A stretch of DNA of 64,000 nucleotides, taken from the IMG/VR virus record IMGVR_UViG_3300025133_000030, positions 1 to 64,000 of that record; one strand, written 5' to 3'. The position numbers and the translations under genes were made by a program. Of this stretch, positions 39,119 through 48,267 are shown piece by piece. This DNA comes from a virus. Numbering within the stretch: the first letter of the stretch is position 1; every line of letters begins with the position of its first letter. Under the pieces are notes generated by a model. That model was given only the letters and a program-made list of their open reading frames with translations. It ran no database searches and had not been told where the DNA came from.

Positions 39119-39346
39119 ATGGGAAGTAACCTAGTTTATATACCTTCGTCTGTATTGCTTAAGAACGGATATAGTGAATCTAATATAACCAATGTTCAAA
39201 TTCTACCAAAGCCCGGAGTTTTTCTGGTGGTCGGGGAAAACAAAGAGAAAAACAGTTATAGGATATTTTACAAAGGAAAAAAGTGGTACGTGGCAAAAAA
39301 AGACACGTTCAGTGTAGAAAAAGGAACAAAAGAAAATGATAGTTAA
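39119..39346 (+). CDS. Small hypothetical beta-barrel-like protein
   Basis: 75 aa, in operon. Confidence 0.5.
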   Translation: MGSNLVYIPSSVLLKNGYSESNITNVQILPKPGVFLVVGENKEKNSYRIFYKGKKWYVAKKDTFSVEKGTKENDS

Positions 39347-39614
39347 ACTAAAAGAAATCTTCAGGAACGCCACGACTACAGGCAAGAGATATAGAACAAG
39401 GGATATATTTATTAATCCCGAACACGTTGTCTATGTTAGGAGCAACGACGACATGGTAAGGAGACTCAACGAGGGCCTCATCGAAGGTGCAACAGGAGAT
39501 AACTTTTGCACGATTTCTCTTTCTCGTGGAGCAGGAGGAACTGATATCATTGTCCTTGGCTCGCTAGAAGAGATAAACAGAACGATATCAAAGAGGGAAA
39601 TTCTCCATGGATAG
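39336..39614 (+). CDS. Hypothetical protein (FlbD-like pattern)
   Basis: MIVKL...IFINPEHVVYV...IIVLGSLEEI. Confidence 0.5.
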   Translation: MIVKLKEIFRNATTTGKRYRTRDIFINPEHVVYVRSNDDMVRRLNEGLIEGATGDNFCTISLSRGAGGTDIIVLGSLEEINRTISKREILHG

Positions 39615-39858
39615 CCGTTTTATTATCTATGGACGTACAAATTGCTCATTCTGCATCGATGCAGTTAATCTATTAAAAGAGAAAGGCTACAATTATTGTT
39701 TTTTTGACTTCACAGAGGATCCAGAAGCTATTGCTGATGCAAAGTCTTTTTACAAGTGGGAAACAGTTCCTATGATTTTAAAAAATGACACCACCACAGG
39801 AGTCACAAATTTTGTTGGCGGTCTAGATAGTTTAAAAACGCAATTAAGCGAGTCGTAA
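39607..39858 (+). CDS. Glutaredoxin
   Basis: IYGRTNCSFC, TVPMI and FVGG. Confidence 0.9.
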   Translation: MDSRFIIYGRTNCSFCIDAVNLLKEKGYNYCFFDFTEDPEAIADAKSFYKWETVPMILKNDTTTGVTNFVGGLDSLKTQLSES

Positions 39859-39861
39859 GTA

Positions 39862-40221
39862 GTGTCAAAAGAGCAAGATCCAAAAAGAGTACAAGTAACC
39901 TCTGAAGAAGTAGTTTCTATCTACGAAAAGTCATTAGGACTTCATAGTCGAGCGAAGTATATTTTGTCTGACCATTTCACGGAAGCAAAAGTGCTACCGG
40001 AAATTACTTTCGAGTTGGTTTGCGAAATGTTATCCAGCACTCTTTTCCTTAGAAACTTTATTAAAAAGTCTTTTCCTAATATTGACGACCCTCATAAAAC
40101 AAAGAACAAGGCATACAGCCTTTCAGTCGCAGCAGTGGGCCAGCTAGCTAAGGCGACCTTGATCTTAGAAGATATAAATAAAGATTTAATAAAACAAAAC
40201 ATACACATGGAACTGCAGTGA
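39862..40221 (+). CDS. Hypothetical protein
   Basis: 119 aa, in operon. Confidence 0.55.
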   Translation: MSKEQDPKRVQVTSEEVVSIYEKSLGLHSRAKYILSDHFTEAKVLPEITFELVCEMLSSTLFLRNFIKKSFPNIDDPHKTKNKAYSLSVAAVGQLAKATLILEDINKDLIKQNIHMELQ

Positions 40222-40571
40222 TAGATTACAAGAAGCTCGCACTAGCATGCACGATCTTTTTCGCAGCTCAAATTTTAAGCTGGTTTCAGTTAAACTCACA
40301 ATTTGTATGGGACTTCTGGAAAGGACGCCCAGTCTTGTCTGTTCTTTTATATGGCATACCTTGTGGTTTGTCGTTTTGGTACGGCTGGAGACTCTGCAAT
40401 GAAGCACTAGGGAACACTCTTTGGGGCACTCGTTTTGTCGGGTATTGTGTGTCTTATATGGTGTTTCCATTTTTGACTTATTACTATATGGGTGAGAGTA
40501 TGTTGACTTTCAAGACTCTATCGTGTATAGCTCTCTCGGTCTGTATACTTTTGATACAGGTTTTTGCCTGA
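40218..40571 (+). CDS. Four-TM small membrane protein (DMT/SMR-like)
   Basis: 117 aa with four hydrophobic helices and a ..GE.. motif before the last helix. Confidence 0.65.
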   Translation: MIDYKKLALACTIFFAAQILSWFQLNSQFVWDFWKGRPVLSVLLYGIPCGLSFWYGWRLCNEALGNTLWGTRFVGYCVSYMVFPFLTYYYMGESMLTFKTLSCIALSVCILLIQVFA

Positions 40572-40653
40572 CATTTCAAAGCGGAGAGTACCCTTTTGGG
40601 GCGACTTTTTGTTTATTGTGTGACTAATTACCATAAAAGGGTGCTATATCTAT

Positions 40654-43143
40654 ATGAACTTCAATTCAATCTGGAAATCTTACCTCAACGAAGAAAGAGA
40701 CTTAGAGCTTCTTATTGAAGGTAAGCTTTCTGATGCCAAAAAGAAATTTAACGACTTAAACGAGAGAGGGTTTATAGATCTATTGCGCGGCCTGATCGAA
40801 GAGAGACTAGGCCCTAGAGCAGTGCCGAAATATATTATGTGGGCCGCGAAACATTTGGACTTTCAGAGAGTCCACGAGAATAGCGCAGAACAATTTCTAA
40901 GAAACCAATCCCTTGTGATTGCAGACTCTCTAGCCTTTTTTGAGAACAATCAAGATAGAATGCCAGAGAAAGACATCAACAAATATAAGAGCTTGGCCAG
41001 TCTGGTGGCAGATGTAAGACAGACCGGCGCATCGCAGACGCAATTGAGAAAGCAAGAGAAAGAGACAGCAAGGGAAGGTTCAGAGATTGTGTATGATGAT
41101 AACGATATCTTCGCAGTGAGGCCATACACAGAAGACGCTTCCTGTTATTACGGCAAAAACACTAGATGGTGCATCTCTGCTACTGACAGTAAAAACTATT
41201 TCGATCAGTACACTTCCGACCGCAAAGGTTTTGTCATGGTCAGGTTTAATAATATAGCAGAGGATGACCCGCTCAGGCGATTGGCAATGGTTTTTGATGC
41301 TGAAGGCTATCTCGAAGAGGTCTTCGATGCCCAAGACGAGGGCCACGACGGCCGCATCGTTGAAGAAGCTATCAGTAAGAACAATCCAAGCTTAGAAGAT
41401 GAAGAGGTATCAGAACTATATGAGGATCTTGAAGCGGCCGGGTCTGACAACATTGCCACCACCCCACCAGATCCGTCTGCTGGTTTCGAGGCTCAAGCAG
41501 ATAAGCTGGAAGAAGAATATAGAGACTCTATAAAACATGCTTTCTATCATTACGATATCGATGAGTACATGTATTTTGGTGGCGGTTTCGAATTCGAATT
41601 CGATTTAGGTCGCTTCGAAGGTGCAGAGTACCAATTACCAAACTACTTCAGTGACCGCGAATTGGAAGATACACTGAGGGAGGAAGGAAACCTCTATGGC
41701 ATTGATGATATAGATATTAGCGAGACTGGCGGCACAGTAGACATAAGAGTGATGCTTAATGCACAAGACTACGAACCCAACCCCGATGGTTATGATTCAT
41801 TCTTGTCTGAACTCTCAACAATGGATGATAACTATGTTGACCTGAAACGAATAGTCGAAAAGTATCTTGTCAAAGAGGGGTATATGATGCCCTCAGCATT
41901 TGATGCTGCCAATGAAGAGTTGGCCGATTTCGCGTCAACTTTAAAGAATTTTGAGCTGTCTAGCTCTTCTGACGAAGATCAGATGGTCTTTACCAATAGC
42001 AATGCCATTCCTCTTGATTTACCAGAAGGTAGAGATAGAATGGGCACCCTCGGCCATGGAGGAATGCTTAACAAACTGGATATTAAAATAGGCGGAAACC
42101 CCAATCGCCGGCCTGCATATCCCGGCAACAATGAGTTTCTCAAGAGACTCATGAAAGAATTGCAGGGTTTGAATAGGCAGTTTATAATATTGATGCAAAA
42201 ACAATTGCAGCTTCCGATTGCCGACCTGCCCCCGAGAGTCATCGAGGAATTATCAATACCAGACAATCTGGTGGTTACTTTTCACGGCGACCACACCGGC
42301 ATGAATCGTAGCGTTACCGCGAGAGTTGCGTTCTCTTTGGACACAGAAGTGACGCGAGAGGTCATTGATGCATCGATGGCAGCGATAAAATTTATGGACC
42401 AAAGCTATAAAGGGATTGAAAAAACTATTAGCAATGTGTTGACGGAAATGTGGAGGGAAATTCAAGACGAAGCATTGGATAAGTTCAAGGCAATGCCAGA
42501 GCAGTGGCAACAAGTGCTCACAATTGCGAAAACGAAGCATACTATGAATGCCAATGTTAGAGCAATAATTAAGGATTTGCGCTCGTGGCTCTTGGAAAAG
42601 GGTACCGGCATCGCCCCCGGAATAGAAGATCATTTTAAGCAGCTTGCAAATTTGTTAAAATCAAAAGGGGATCTACCAGAGGATTTTGAACTTCCCAAGG
42701 TTGGGTTCAATTTGAAAGATCAATCAGTAAAACAGAAGACAATAGCTACACAATTTAATCCTCCAACAATCGCAGAAGAGGTTGAAAGATATCTTTCTGG
42801 CATCTCCGAAGAGAAAGGCCGCAGCCGACAAAGGGGTATATACAAGTTTTATTGTATGATAGGTTACACAGTCACGGGAGGAGATAGCCAGCGAGGTTTG
42901 GATGACATACTAGCTGATATGAGAGCCCTGCCGAATGTGACTATCGTAACTGTTGTGGTGGCAAACCAAAGACTGTCAGAAGAGCAGTACATTGCAGGTC
43001 TAAGTATCAAGTTTATACCAACTGTTCCCGGTTCAATCCAAGCACCGGAGAATGTAAAGTCCAGAATAGTGAGGGACATTCGTCGCATAGGGAATGTCTC
43101 TAAGGTTTTTAAGATTTCTACCTCTCTCGAAAGAATAGAATAA
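40654..43143 (+). CDS. Large hypothetical protein, probably virion-associated
   Basis: 829 aa, acidic, containing KDINKY and ASCYYGKNTRWCIS. Preceded by ACTAATTA. Confidence 0.65.
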   Translation: MNFNSIWKSYLNEERDLELLIEGKLSDAKKKFNDLNERGFIDLLRGLIEERLGPRAVPKYIMWAAKHLDFQRVHENSAEQFLRNQSLVIADSLAFFENNQDRMPEKDINKYKSLASLVADVRQTGASQTQLRKQEKETAREGSEIVYDDNDIFAVRPYTEDASCYYGKNTRWCISATDSKNYFDQYTSDRKGFVMVRFNNIAEDDPLRRLAMVFDAEGYLEEVFDAQDEGHDGRIVEEAISKNNPSLEDEEVSELYEDLEAAGSDNIATTPPDPSAGFEAQADKLEEEYRDSIKHAFYHYDIDEYMYFGGGFEFEFDLGRFEGAEYQLPNYFSDRELEDTLREEGNLYGIDDIDISETGGTVDIRVMLNAQDYEPNPDGYDSFLSELSTMDDNYVDLKRIVEKYLVKEGYMMPSAFDAANEELADFASTLKNFELSSSSDEDQMVFTNSNAIPLDLPEGRDRMGTLGHGGMLNKLDIKIGGNPNRRPAYPGNNEFLKRLMKELQGLNRQFIILMQKQLQLPIADLPPRVIEELSIPDNLVVTFHGDHTGMNRSVTARVAFSLDTEVTREVIDASMAAIKFMDQSYKGIEKTISNVLTEMWREIQDEALDKFKAMPEQWQQVLTIAKTKHTMNANVRAIIKDLRSWLLEKGTGIAPGIEDHFKQLANLLKSKGDLPEDFELPKVGFNLKDQSVKQKTIATQFNPPTIAEEVERYLSGISEEKGRSRQRGIYKFYCMIGYTVTGGDSQRGLDDILADMRALPNVTIVTVVVANQRLSEEQYIAGLSIKFIPTVPGSIQAPENVKSRIVRDIRRIGNVSKVFKISTSLERIE

Positions 43144-43745
43144 TGCCATCTCCAACTCCGGAAGAAAACAATCGTATAAAAATTCAAGATATTGTAGATG
43201 AGATGCTCGGAGATGATAAGATCGTTTTGGGCCTGTCTAGGTTTGCCTATTGTTTTGACGAAGAAAAGCAAGAAAACTTCATAAAAATGTTCTGGCAGCA
43301 GAGTACTGTCTCCGGAGAAGGTAGAGTGAGTCACGAAATTGAAAGTCATGGCAACGGAGCAGTCGATGCCTTGTTTTCATACCTTACAAGCCATTATTCT
43401 CCAGAATTTAAAACGATAAAGGGCATAAAATTTGAAAACTTCTATGTAAGACCATTCTTTAAAAAATCAGGATCAGGCTCGAATGCGGAAGTGGAAGTTG
43501 TCATGGAGTTTAACACAAAAAGAAAAAAAATAGTAACATTCAGGCATACTAGCAAATCGTTTGTGCTGTCCGCAGCAAAAGTGATATTCTCGGCTGTTGA
43601 GTTTTATATTAATGCAGAAAAGGCCTTCAAGAAATTAAGATTTTTAATAAAGGACGCTAAAAATAGAAGCCGCGGCGACCTATTTAGTGAATATAGTTAT
43701 AAGTTGTCTATAGTGGTGGATGCCACATCTTATATAGGGGTTTAG
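43143..43745 (+). CDS. Stand-alone LeuA-type allosteric (regulatory) domain-like protein
   Basis: HGNGAVDALF...FYVR...GSNAEVEVVM...SFVLSAAKVIFSAV parallels the 2-isopropylmalate synthase C-terminal domain (GNGPVDA...GSDA...AS..A). Confidence 0.55.
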   Translation: MPSPTPEENNRIKIQDIVDEMLGDDKIVLGLSRFAYCFDEEKQENFIKMFWQQSTVSGEGRVSHEIESHGNGAVDALFSYLTSHYSPEFKTIKGIKFENFYVRPFFKKSGSGSNAEVEVVMEFNTKRKKIVTFRHTSKSFVLSAAKVIFSAVEFYINAEKAFKKLRFLIKDAKNRSRGDLFSEYSYKLSIVVDATSYIGV

Positions 43746-43949
43746 TACGGTGAAGTTTGATTTTCGCGTTCATTTGATGGCAATAATCTTAACAGCAATG
43801 ATTTTTACGGCAGCAAAGAGAGCAAAGCAAGAAAATATGAAAAAAAACATGACAATACCGGAGAAAACAGTAGGTGAGCGATAAGTTCTTTCAATACTGT
43901 CTTGTTGCTTGGATCCTCGCGTTGGTTTCTCTCGGAGTTGTTGTGACCA

Positions 43950-44267
43950 TTGCCTCTGATCGAATCGAGGAGCAAAAGAAACAAGTTGAAAGGGTACCGA
44001 CAGGAAGAGGAAATTAAGATAGGCGACCTAGTGAACCACGTTCTTTACGATAAATCGTGGATTGGTTTGGTGTTGGACATAGATATGGAACTAGACGCTT
44101 TAAAGAAAGAAGGCAGGGCGTTGGTGAAGATGGTCCCCGGAACTTGCTATGAATTTCACTTTGGCTTAAAGTGGCTTAAGAAGAGAGCAGGCCAGACAAA
44201 GGGGTGGATTTCTCTGAGGTGGGTCAGGAAAGTGAAATATCCATCAAATGTTGAAAAAAAAACTTGA
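43950..44267 (+). CDS. SH3/KOW-like small protein (IKIGDLV)
   Basis: xxGDLV...GLV...W pattern shared with the array genes. Confidence 0.55.
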   Translation: MPLIESRSKRNKLKGYRQEEEIKIGDLVNHVLYDKSWIGLVLDIDMELDALKKEGRALVKMVPGTCYEFHFGLKWLKKRAGQTKGWISLRWVRKVKYPSNVEKKT

Positions 44268-44292
44268 CACTTGATCAAAAATATGCCATTAT
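44264..44292 (+). promoter_or_regulatory. Sigma70-type promoter TTGACA-17-CATTAT upstream of tRNA-Arg
   Basis: A-tract upstream, extended -10 TG, and the tRNA starts 12 nt later. Confidence 0.6.
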
Positions 44293-44303
44293 ATAAAAAC
44301 TAA

Positions 44304-44377
<74 letters not shown>

Positions 44378-44385
44378 CTAACAAA

Positions 44386-44568
44386 ATGCTAGAACAAGAA
44401 AGGGTACTGCTGGGAGATCTCGTTGAGCATCGCGATTACGTCACAGTCCTTATAGGGGTTGTGACTGAGGTACACCCAAAGATAAGCAAGGCCACAGTTT
44501 ATTGGAGGAACTTCGACGAGCACACCACCTTAGATATTAAAAAATTGATTGTCTTAGCAAGAAAATGA
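44386..44568 (+). CDS. SH3/KOW-like small protein (LLGDLV)
   Basis: GDLV...GVVTEV...VYW...LIVL. Confidence 0.6.
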   Translation: MLEQERVLLGDLVEHRDYVTVLIGVVTEVHPKISKATVYWRNFDEHTTLDIKKLIVLARK

Positions 44569-44783
44569 AATCACTAGATTTACATAATTATAGTCATGAC
44601 GAAGCTGAAGATATGGTAATGACGTTCCTTAATTGGACTGAGGTACCTTGCAAGATAATCACAGGTAACTCAAAAAAGATGAAAACAATAGTAAGAAGTG
44701 TGGTATACTATTATGGTCTACATTGCTATGACGAGAGTGCTTTTAATTGTGGCGCTTTAATCGTTGTGGAGGGTGAGTGGTAG
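44565..44783 (+). CDS. Stand-alone Smr-domain-like protein
   Basis: SLDLHNYSHDEA...IITGNS...NCGALIV follows the Smr LDLHG / IITG / GA pattern. Confidence 0.7.
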   Translation: MKSLDLHNYSHDEAEDMVMTFLNWTEVPCKIITGNSKKMKTIVRSVVYYYGLHCYDESAFNCGALIVVEGEW

Positions 44784-44862
44784 CAGATGAGTCATTTGAT
44801 TTCGATAGTGATATTGTCCATGTTGGTAGCAATAATTGTTTATACCAATACGTGAGGCCTAG

Positions 44863-44936
44863 GCCCGAATAGCTCAGTTGGCCAGAGCGCCGCTCTTGTA
44901 AAGCGGACGTCGTCGGTTCGAATCCGACTTCGGGCT
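44863..44936 (+). tRNA. tRNA-Thr(TGT)
   Basis: Acceptor GCCCGAA/TTCGGGC, anticodon arm CCGCT-CTTGTAA-AGCGG and GGTTCGAATCC. Confidence 0.95.
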
Positions 44937-44948
44937 CTTATTTTAAGG

Positions 44949-45497
44949 TTGTTTATGTTTCATATGATTATAACTGTGTTGATTCTCTTGATGAGCCCCT
45001 TGGGTTTGGAGTGGTATGACACACACGTCAAGGCCCCAAAGATAGATAGTTATACTCGTATGACAGGAACCCCGCTCGCAGGCCTGATTGTTTATTTGGG
45101 CGATGATCTCGACGAGATGGAAGCGGAACTACAGCTAGAATATCAATCAGGCAAGCTCTCAACTGCGCTTCTAATTTTGGGACCAGCAGGTATAGATCGC
45201 TTTAATTGTGCAATAAAATATAAGAAGGTCGTCTCATCTCTAAGTGAGAAATATGGGATGTACTCTCGACGTGAGACGATTAGGGATCCTATCATAAATG
45301 ATCTGGTATCGGATGGTGGCTTTTGTAAGCAGGTGTCCATTGGACTTTATGAAGCTAGGACTTTCTGGCGAATAAAACAATTTAGAATTGTTGCGGATCT
45401 GGTTGGAGATAATTCTGAATTTTACATACATGTGTACTATTCTTTGATCTCGACAGGCGAAAAAATAAGAAAAAAGAAAATCTTAAAGAGATTATAG
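44949..45497 (+). CDS. Hypothetical exported protein
   Basis: N-terminal hydrophobic segment, 182 aa. Confidence 0.55.
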   Translation: MFMFHMIITVLILLMSPLGLEWYDTHVKAPKIDSYTRMTGTPLAGLIVYLGDDLDEMEAELQLEYQSGKLSTALLILGPAGIDRFNCAIKYKKVVSSLSEKYGMYSRRETIRDPIINDLVSDGGFCKQVSIGLYEARTFWRIKQFRIVADLVGDNSEFYIHVYYSLISTGEKIRKKKILKRL

Positions 45498-45510
45498 CAG
45501 AGGTAAAATA

Positions 45511-45909
45511 ATGAAACTAGAGAATAATTTTAGCTTATCAGAGTTTAGATGTAAAGACGGCACAGACGTCCCAGAAGAGTATATGGATAATGTTATAAAG
45601 CTGGCCAAGAATCTACAAGCTTTGAGAGAGCACTTGAACCGTCCAATAAAGGTTATTAGTGGTTATCGTTCTCCGAGATACAATAGCCGCATCGGTGGAG
45701 CAAGAAAGAGCCAACACATGACAGCTTCAGCCGCAGACATTCAAGTACCCGGCCTGATGCCCTCTTATGTAAAGAAGGCAATAGTAGAGCTAATCAAGTC
45801 TGGAAAGATGGACTCAGGCGGCCTCGGCTTATATACAAGTTTTACTCATTACGATATTCGAGGCCGAAACGCACGATGGTTCGGCAGGGGAACCAAAGAC
45901 GATAACTAG
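45511..45909 (+). CDS. Peptidase M15A-family zinc peptidoglycan peptidase (endolysin candidate)
   Basis: NFSLSEF.CKDG, ISGYRSP.YN, SQHM...AADI and FTHYDIRG. Confidence 0.88.
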   Translation: MKLENNFSLSEFRCKDGTDVPEEYMDNVIKLAKNLQALREHLNRPIKVISGYRSPRYNSRIGGARKSQHMTASAADIQVPGLMPSYVKKAIVELIKSGKMDSGGLGLYTSFTHYDIRGRNARWFGRGTKDDN

Positions 45910-45917
45910 ACTGCAAA

Positions 45918-46005
45918 GGAGAGGTGGTCGAGCTGGTTTAAGGCACCGGTCTTGAAAACCGGCGTGGAGGTAACTTCACCGTGGGTTCGAATCCCACCCT
46001 CTCCG
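45918..46005 (+). tRNA. tRNA-Ser(TGA)
   Basis: Acceptor GGAGAGG/CCTCTCC, anticodon arm CCGGT-CTTGAAA-ACCGG, long variable arm and GGTTCGAATCC. Confidence 0.95.
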
Positions 46006-46028
46006 CAATTTAATTTATCATTTTATTC

Positions 46029-46057
46029 TTGACAATCGCATAAAAATATGAGACTAT
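46029..46057 (+). promoter_or_regulatory. Sigma70-type promoter TTGACA-17-GACTAT upstream of tRNA-Ile
   Basis: Extended -10 TG, and the tRNA starts 12 nt later. Confidence 0.55.
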
Positions 46058-46068
46058 AAGGAACATAA

Positions 46069-46142
46069 CCGCTACGGCTGGCTGGTAGTCAGGAGGCGTC
46101 TTATAAGCGTCTTAAAGCAAGGTTCAATTCCTTGGTAGCGGA
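46069..46142 (+). tRNA. Atypical tRNA-Ile(TAT)
   Basis: Perfect acceptor CCGCTAC/GTAGCGG, anticodon arm GGCGT-CTTATAA-GCGTC and T arm CAAGG-TTCAATT-CCTTG. The D arm is non-canonical. Confidence 0.8.
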
Positions 46143-46158
46143 CTAAAAAAGGAGATAA

Positions 46159-46491
46159 ATGAAAGCATTAGTTCTAACATTAGCGATTGCACTTGGCGGC
46201 TGTTCTTATGCGACAGTCAACACATACAAGACGCACAAGAGAAAGTGTACGACGCATTATGTCGCGCCTGCTGTCGACACATTGTTGGTAGTACCCCCCC
46301 TTTTTGTTTTGGGAGTTTTACCAGCGGCCATGGCCGGATGTTGCGGTGGGGGGAATGGTTCACCGTCAGCAACATCCGGCGATATTATACCCATCGCGCT
46401 CGGCGCAGCTGCCATGGCAATCGTCTCCGGATATTCAGCTACTCACGGATACAGGGAAGTTGCTGAATGCCGGGAGAGAAAAGGAAAATGA
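46159..46491 (+). CDS. Membrane lipoprotein, paralog 1
   Basis: Lipobox LGGC, CT....APAVD motif and two hydrophobic helices. Confidence 0.75.
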   Translation: MKALVLTLAIALGGCSYATVNTYKTHKRKCTTHYVAPAVDTLLVVPPLFVLGVLPAAMAGCCGGGNGSPSATSGDIIPIALGAAAMAIVSGYSATHGYREVAECRERKGK

Positions 46492-46820
46492 AAACATTAA
46501 TTTTAACACTAGCAATTATACTTGGGTGTGGTTGTTCACTGGCAACAGTCAATACACACAAGACGCACAAGAGAAAATGTACCGAAAGTGAAGTAGCTCC
46601 GGTGATTGACTTCGCCCTGATGGTCACAGCGATAGGTTTGAGATTGCACTATAATCACGAGAACAAAATCGAAGAAGGATCACTCTTCGACCCATTCGCA
46701 GCCACTCGCCATGTAATGATGAACGGCGCATTTTATAGTGCTGCTGTCATAGCAGGAGGTTCAGGTGTTTATGGAGTATATCACACTGGAAACTGCCAAA
46801 GTAAGTTGGATAGAAGATAA
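46488..46820 (+). CDS. Membrane lipoprotein, paralog 2
   Basis: MKTLILTLAIILGCGCSLATVNTHKTHKRKCT is nearly identical to the N-terminus of paralog 1. ATGA overlap. Confidence 0.75.
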   Translation: MKTLILTLAIILGCGCSLATVNTHKTHKRKCTESEVAPVIDFALMVTAIGLRLHYNHENKIEEGSLFDPFAATRHVMMNGAFYSAAVIAGGSGVYGVYHTGNCQSKLDRR

Positions 46821-46976
46821 GATTATTCCCATTGAAGAATTATTAGATGAATAACGTATATAAAATTATAGAAGAAGTGCTGTCAGAACAATCAAGTTTA
46901 AACGCAAACTTATCGTCATCGGCAGCGAGAAAACAAATAGCAGAACAAGTTTGCCTAAGGATAATAGGAAAGTTTT

Positions 46977-47279
46977 ATGTTTTGCCATATTCTGACTGTA
47001 AGGAGAGTCAATCAGATGAGTAAACACTTTAATGAAAAGGACCTAGTCAACTCAATAGCTATTGCCATGCTGCTTGCGTTAGTCGGTATTGGTTTGTTTG
47101 TTGCGTCGGCAACGGTGGAATCCAATGCACTGACCACTAATGTCGCAAAATTAGATGCTTCACATAGAGGCAAATTACTCAGAGAAGTTAGGCTTTTAAC
47201 TCTAGAACTTAAGATGGTCAAGAGCGATGTGGACGAAGTCAGAGAAGCTCTAAAAGAGATGGAAAAAAAAGAGAAGTGA
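46977..47279 (+). CDS. TM plus coiled-coil hypothetical protein
   Basis: Single TM followed by heptads; the true start is probably MSKHF. Confidence 0.55.
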   Translation: MFCHILTVRRVNQMSKHFNEKDLVNSIAIAMLLALVGIGLFVASATVESNALTTNVAKLDASHRGKLLREVRLLTLELKMVKSDVDEVREALKEMEKKEK

Positions 47280-47713
47280 GCTACAGAGACTCATCAAACC
47301 AATCCGGCGATATGTCTCAACTAGCAGCGGCAATGGAAATCGCTCGCCATGGCTGGGTTGTCAACACGCCTCTCAGCAGAGATTCGATATATGATCTGGT
47401 AGTTGAATTGGGCCACCGAAACTTTCAAACCGTACAAGTCAAGACAATGTGCGGCAACAGCATTGCTAGGGTTGTTGATAGGTCGGGAGAGGTAGTGAGC
47501 AAGAACGGGAAGACGAGAAACTCTCTTGACTATGCGGAGCACGGCATCGACTGGCTGGTTGGGGTTCACAAAGAGACTGGTGAATGTTATTTTTACGATT
47601 TAGAAAACTATTCTCAAATACCCTCTAAGAGTTTTAGCGTGAGAAAGTATCCACCAAGTGAGTTTCCCTTCAACGAAGTGTCGAATCGGCATAGCAAAAA
47701 GGGAAATACGTGA
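47276..47713 (+). CDS. PD-(D/E)xK endonuclease (homing-endonuclease-like)
   Basis: GWVVNTPL..DSIYDLVVE....TVQVKT...Y....IDWLVG pattern. Confidence 0.7.
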   Translation: MSYRDSSNQSGDMSQLAAAMEIARHGWVVNTPLSRDSIYDLVVELGHRNFQTVQVKTMCGNSIARVVDRSGEVVSKNGKTRNSLDYAEHGIDWLVGVHKETGECYFYDLENYSQIPSKSFSVRKYPPSEFPFNEVSNRHSKKGNT

Positions 47714-48267
47714 AAAACCCTGAGCTTAAGATTTTCACCGGACCCATGTTTGGAGGCAAGACAACAAAATTGTTGGCAGCTCTTGAACGTTATCACTATC
47801 AGCATGAAGAGGTAAAGTTATTTAAGCCACGTATGGATGGTCGCTACTCCACAGAAAAGGTCATGACCCACAGCGGACTCAAACAGGATGCAATCTTGGT
47901 TAGTTCTGGCGATGAGATAATAGAGCACACCGGCAACACAAGAATAGTCGCAGTTGACGAGGTCTTTATGATAGAAGGAGCAGCAAGCGCGTTGCTGAAA
48001 TTGTTTTCAGAGGGTAAGACAGTGCTGGTCTCAACTTTGCAGCTATCATCGGAACCGAAGCCTCTACCAGAGATTAGAGACTTGTTGCCTTACGCGACAC
48101 AGATAGAGATATGTCCGGCGGTATGTTCGATGTGTAGCGAGGATGCACATTACACCAGAAGAAAAACAGATAGTTCGACCCAGATTGAGGTCGGCGGCAA
48201 AGAAGAATATGAGCCCCTATGCTATGCTCATTACAATAAGATTGTGGGGATATGGCGGAACAGGTAG
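47710..48267 (+). CDS. tdk: Thymidine kinase
   Basis: GPMFGGKTTKL, FKP..DGRY, VDEV, CSMC and VGGKEEYEPLC. Confidence 0.93.
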   Translation: MKNPELKIFTGPMFGGKTTKLLAALERYHYQHEEVKLFKPRMDGRYSTEKVMTHSGLKQDAILVSSGDEIIEHTGNTRIVAVDEVFMIEGAASALLKLFSEGKTVLVSTLQLSSEPKPLPEIRDLLPYATQIEICPAVCSMCSEDAHYTRRKTDSSTQIEVGGKEEYEPLCYAHYNKIVGIWRNR

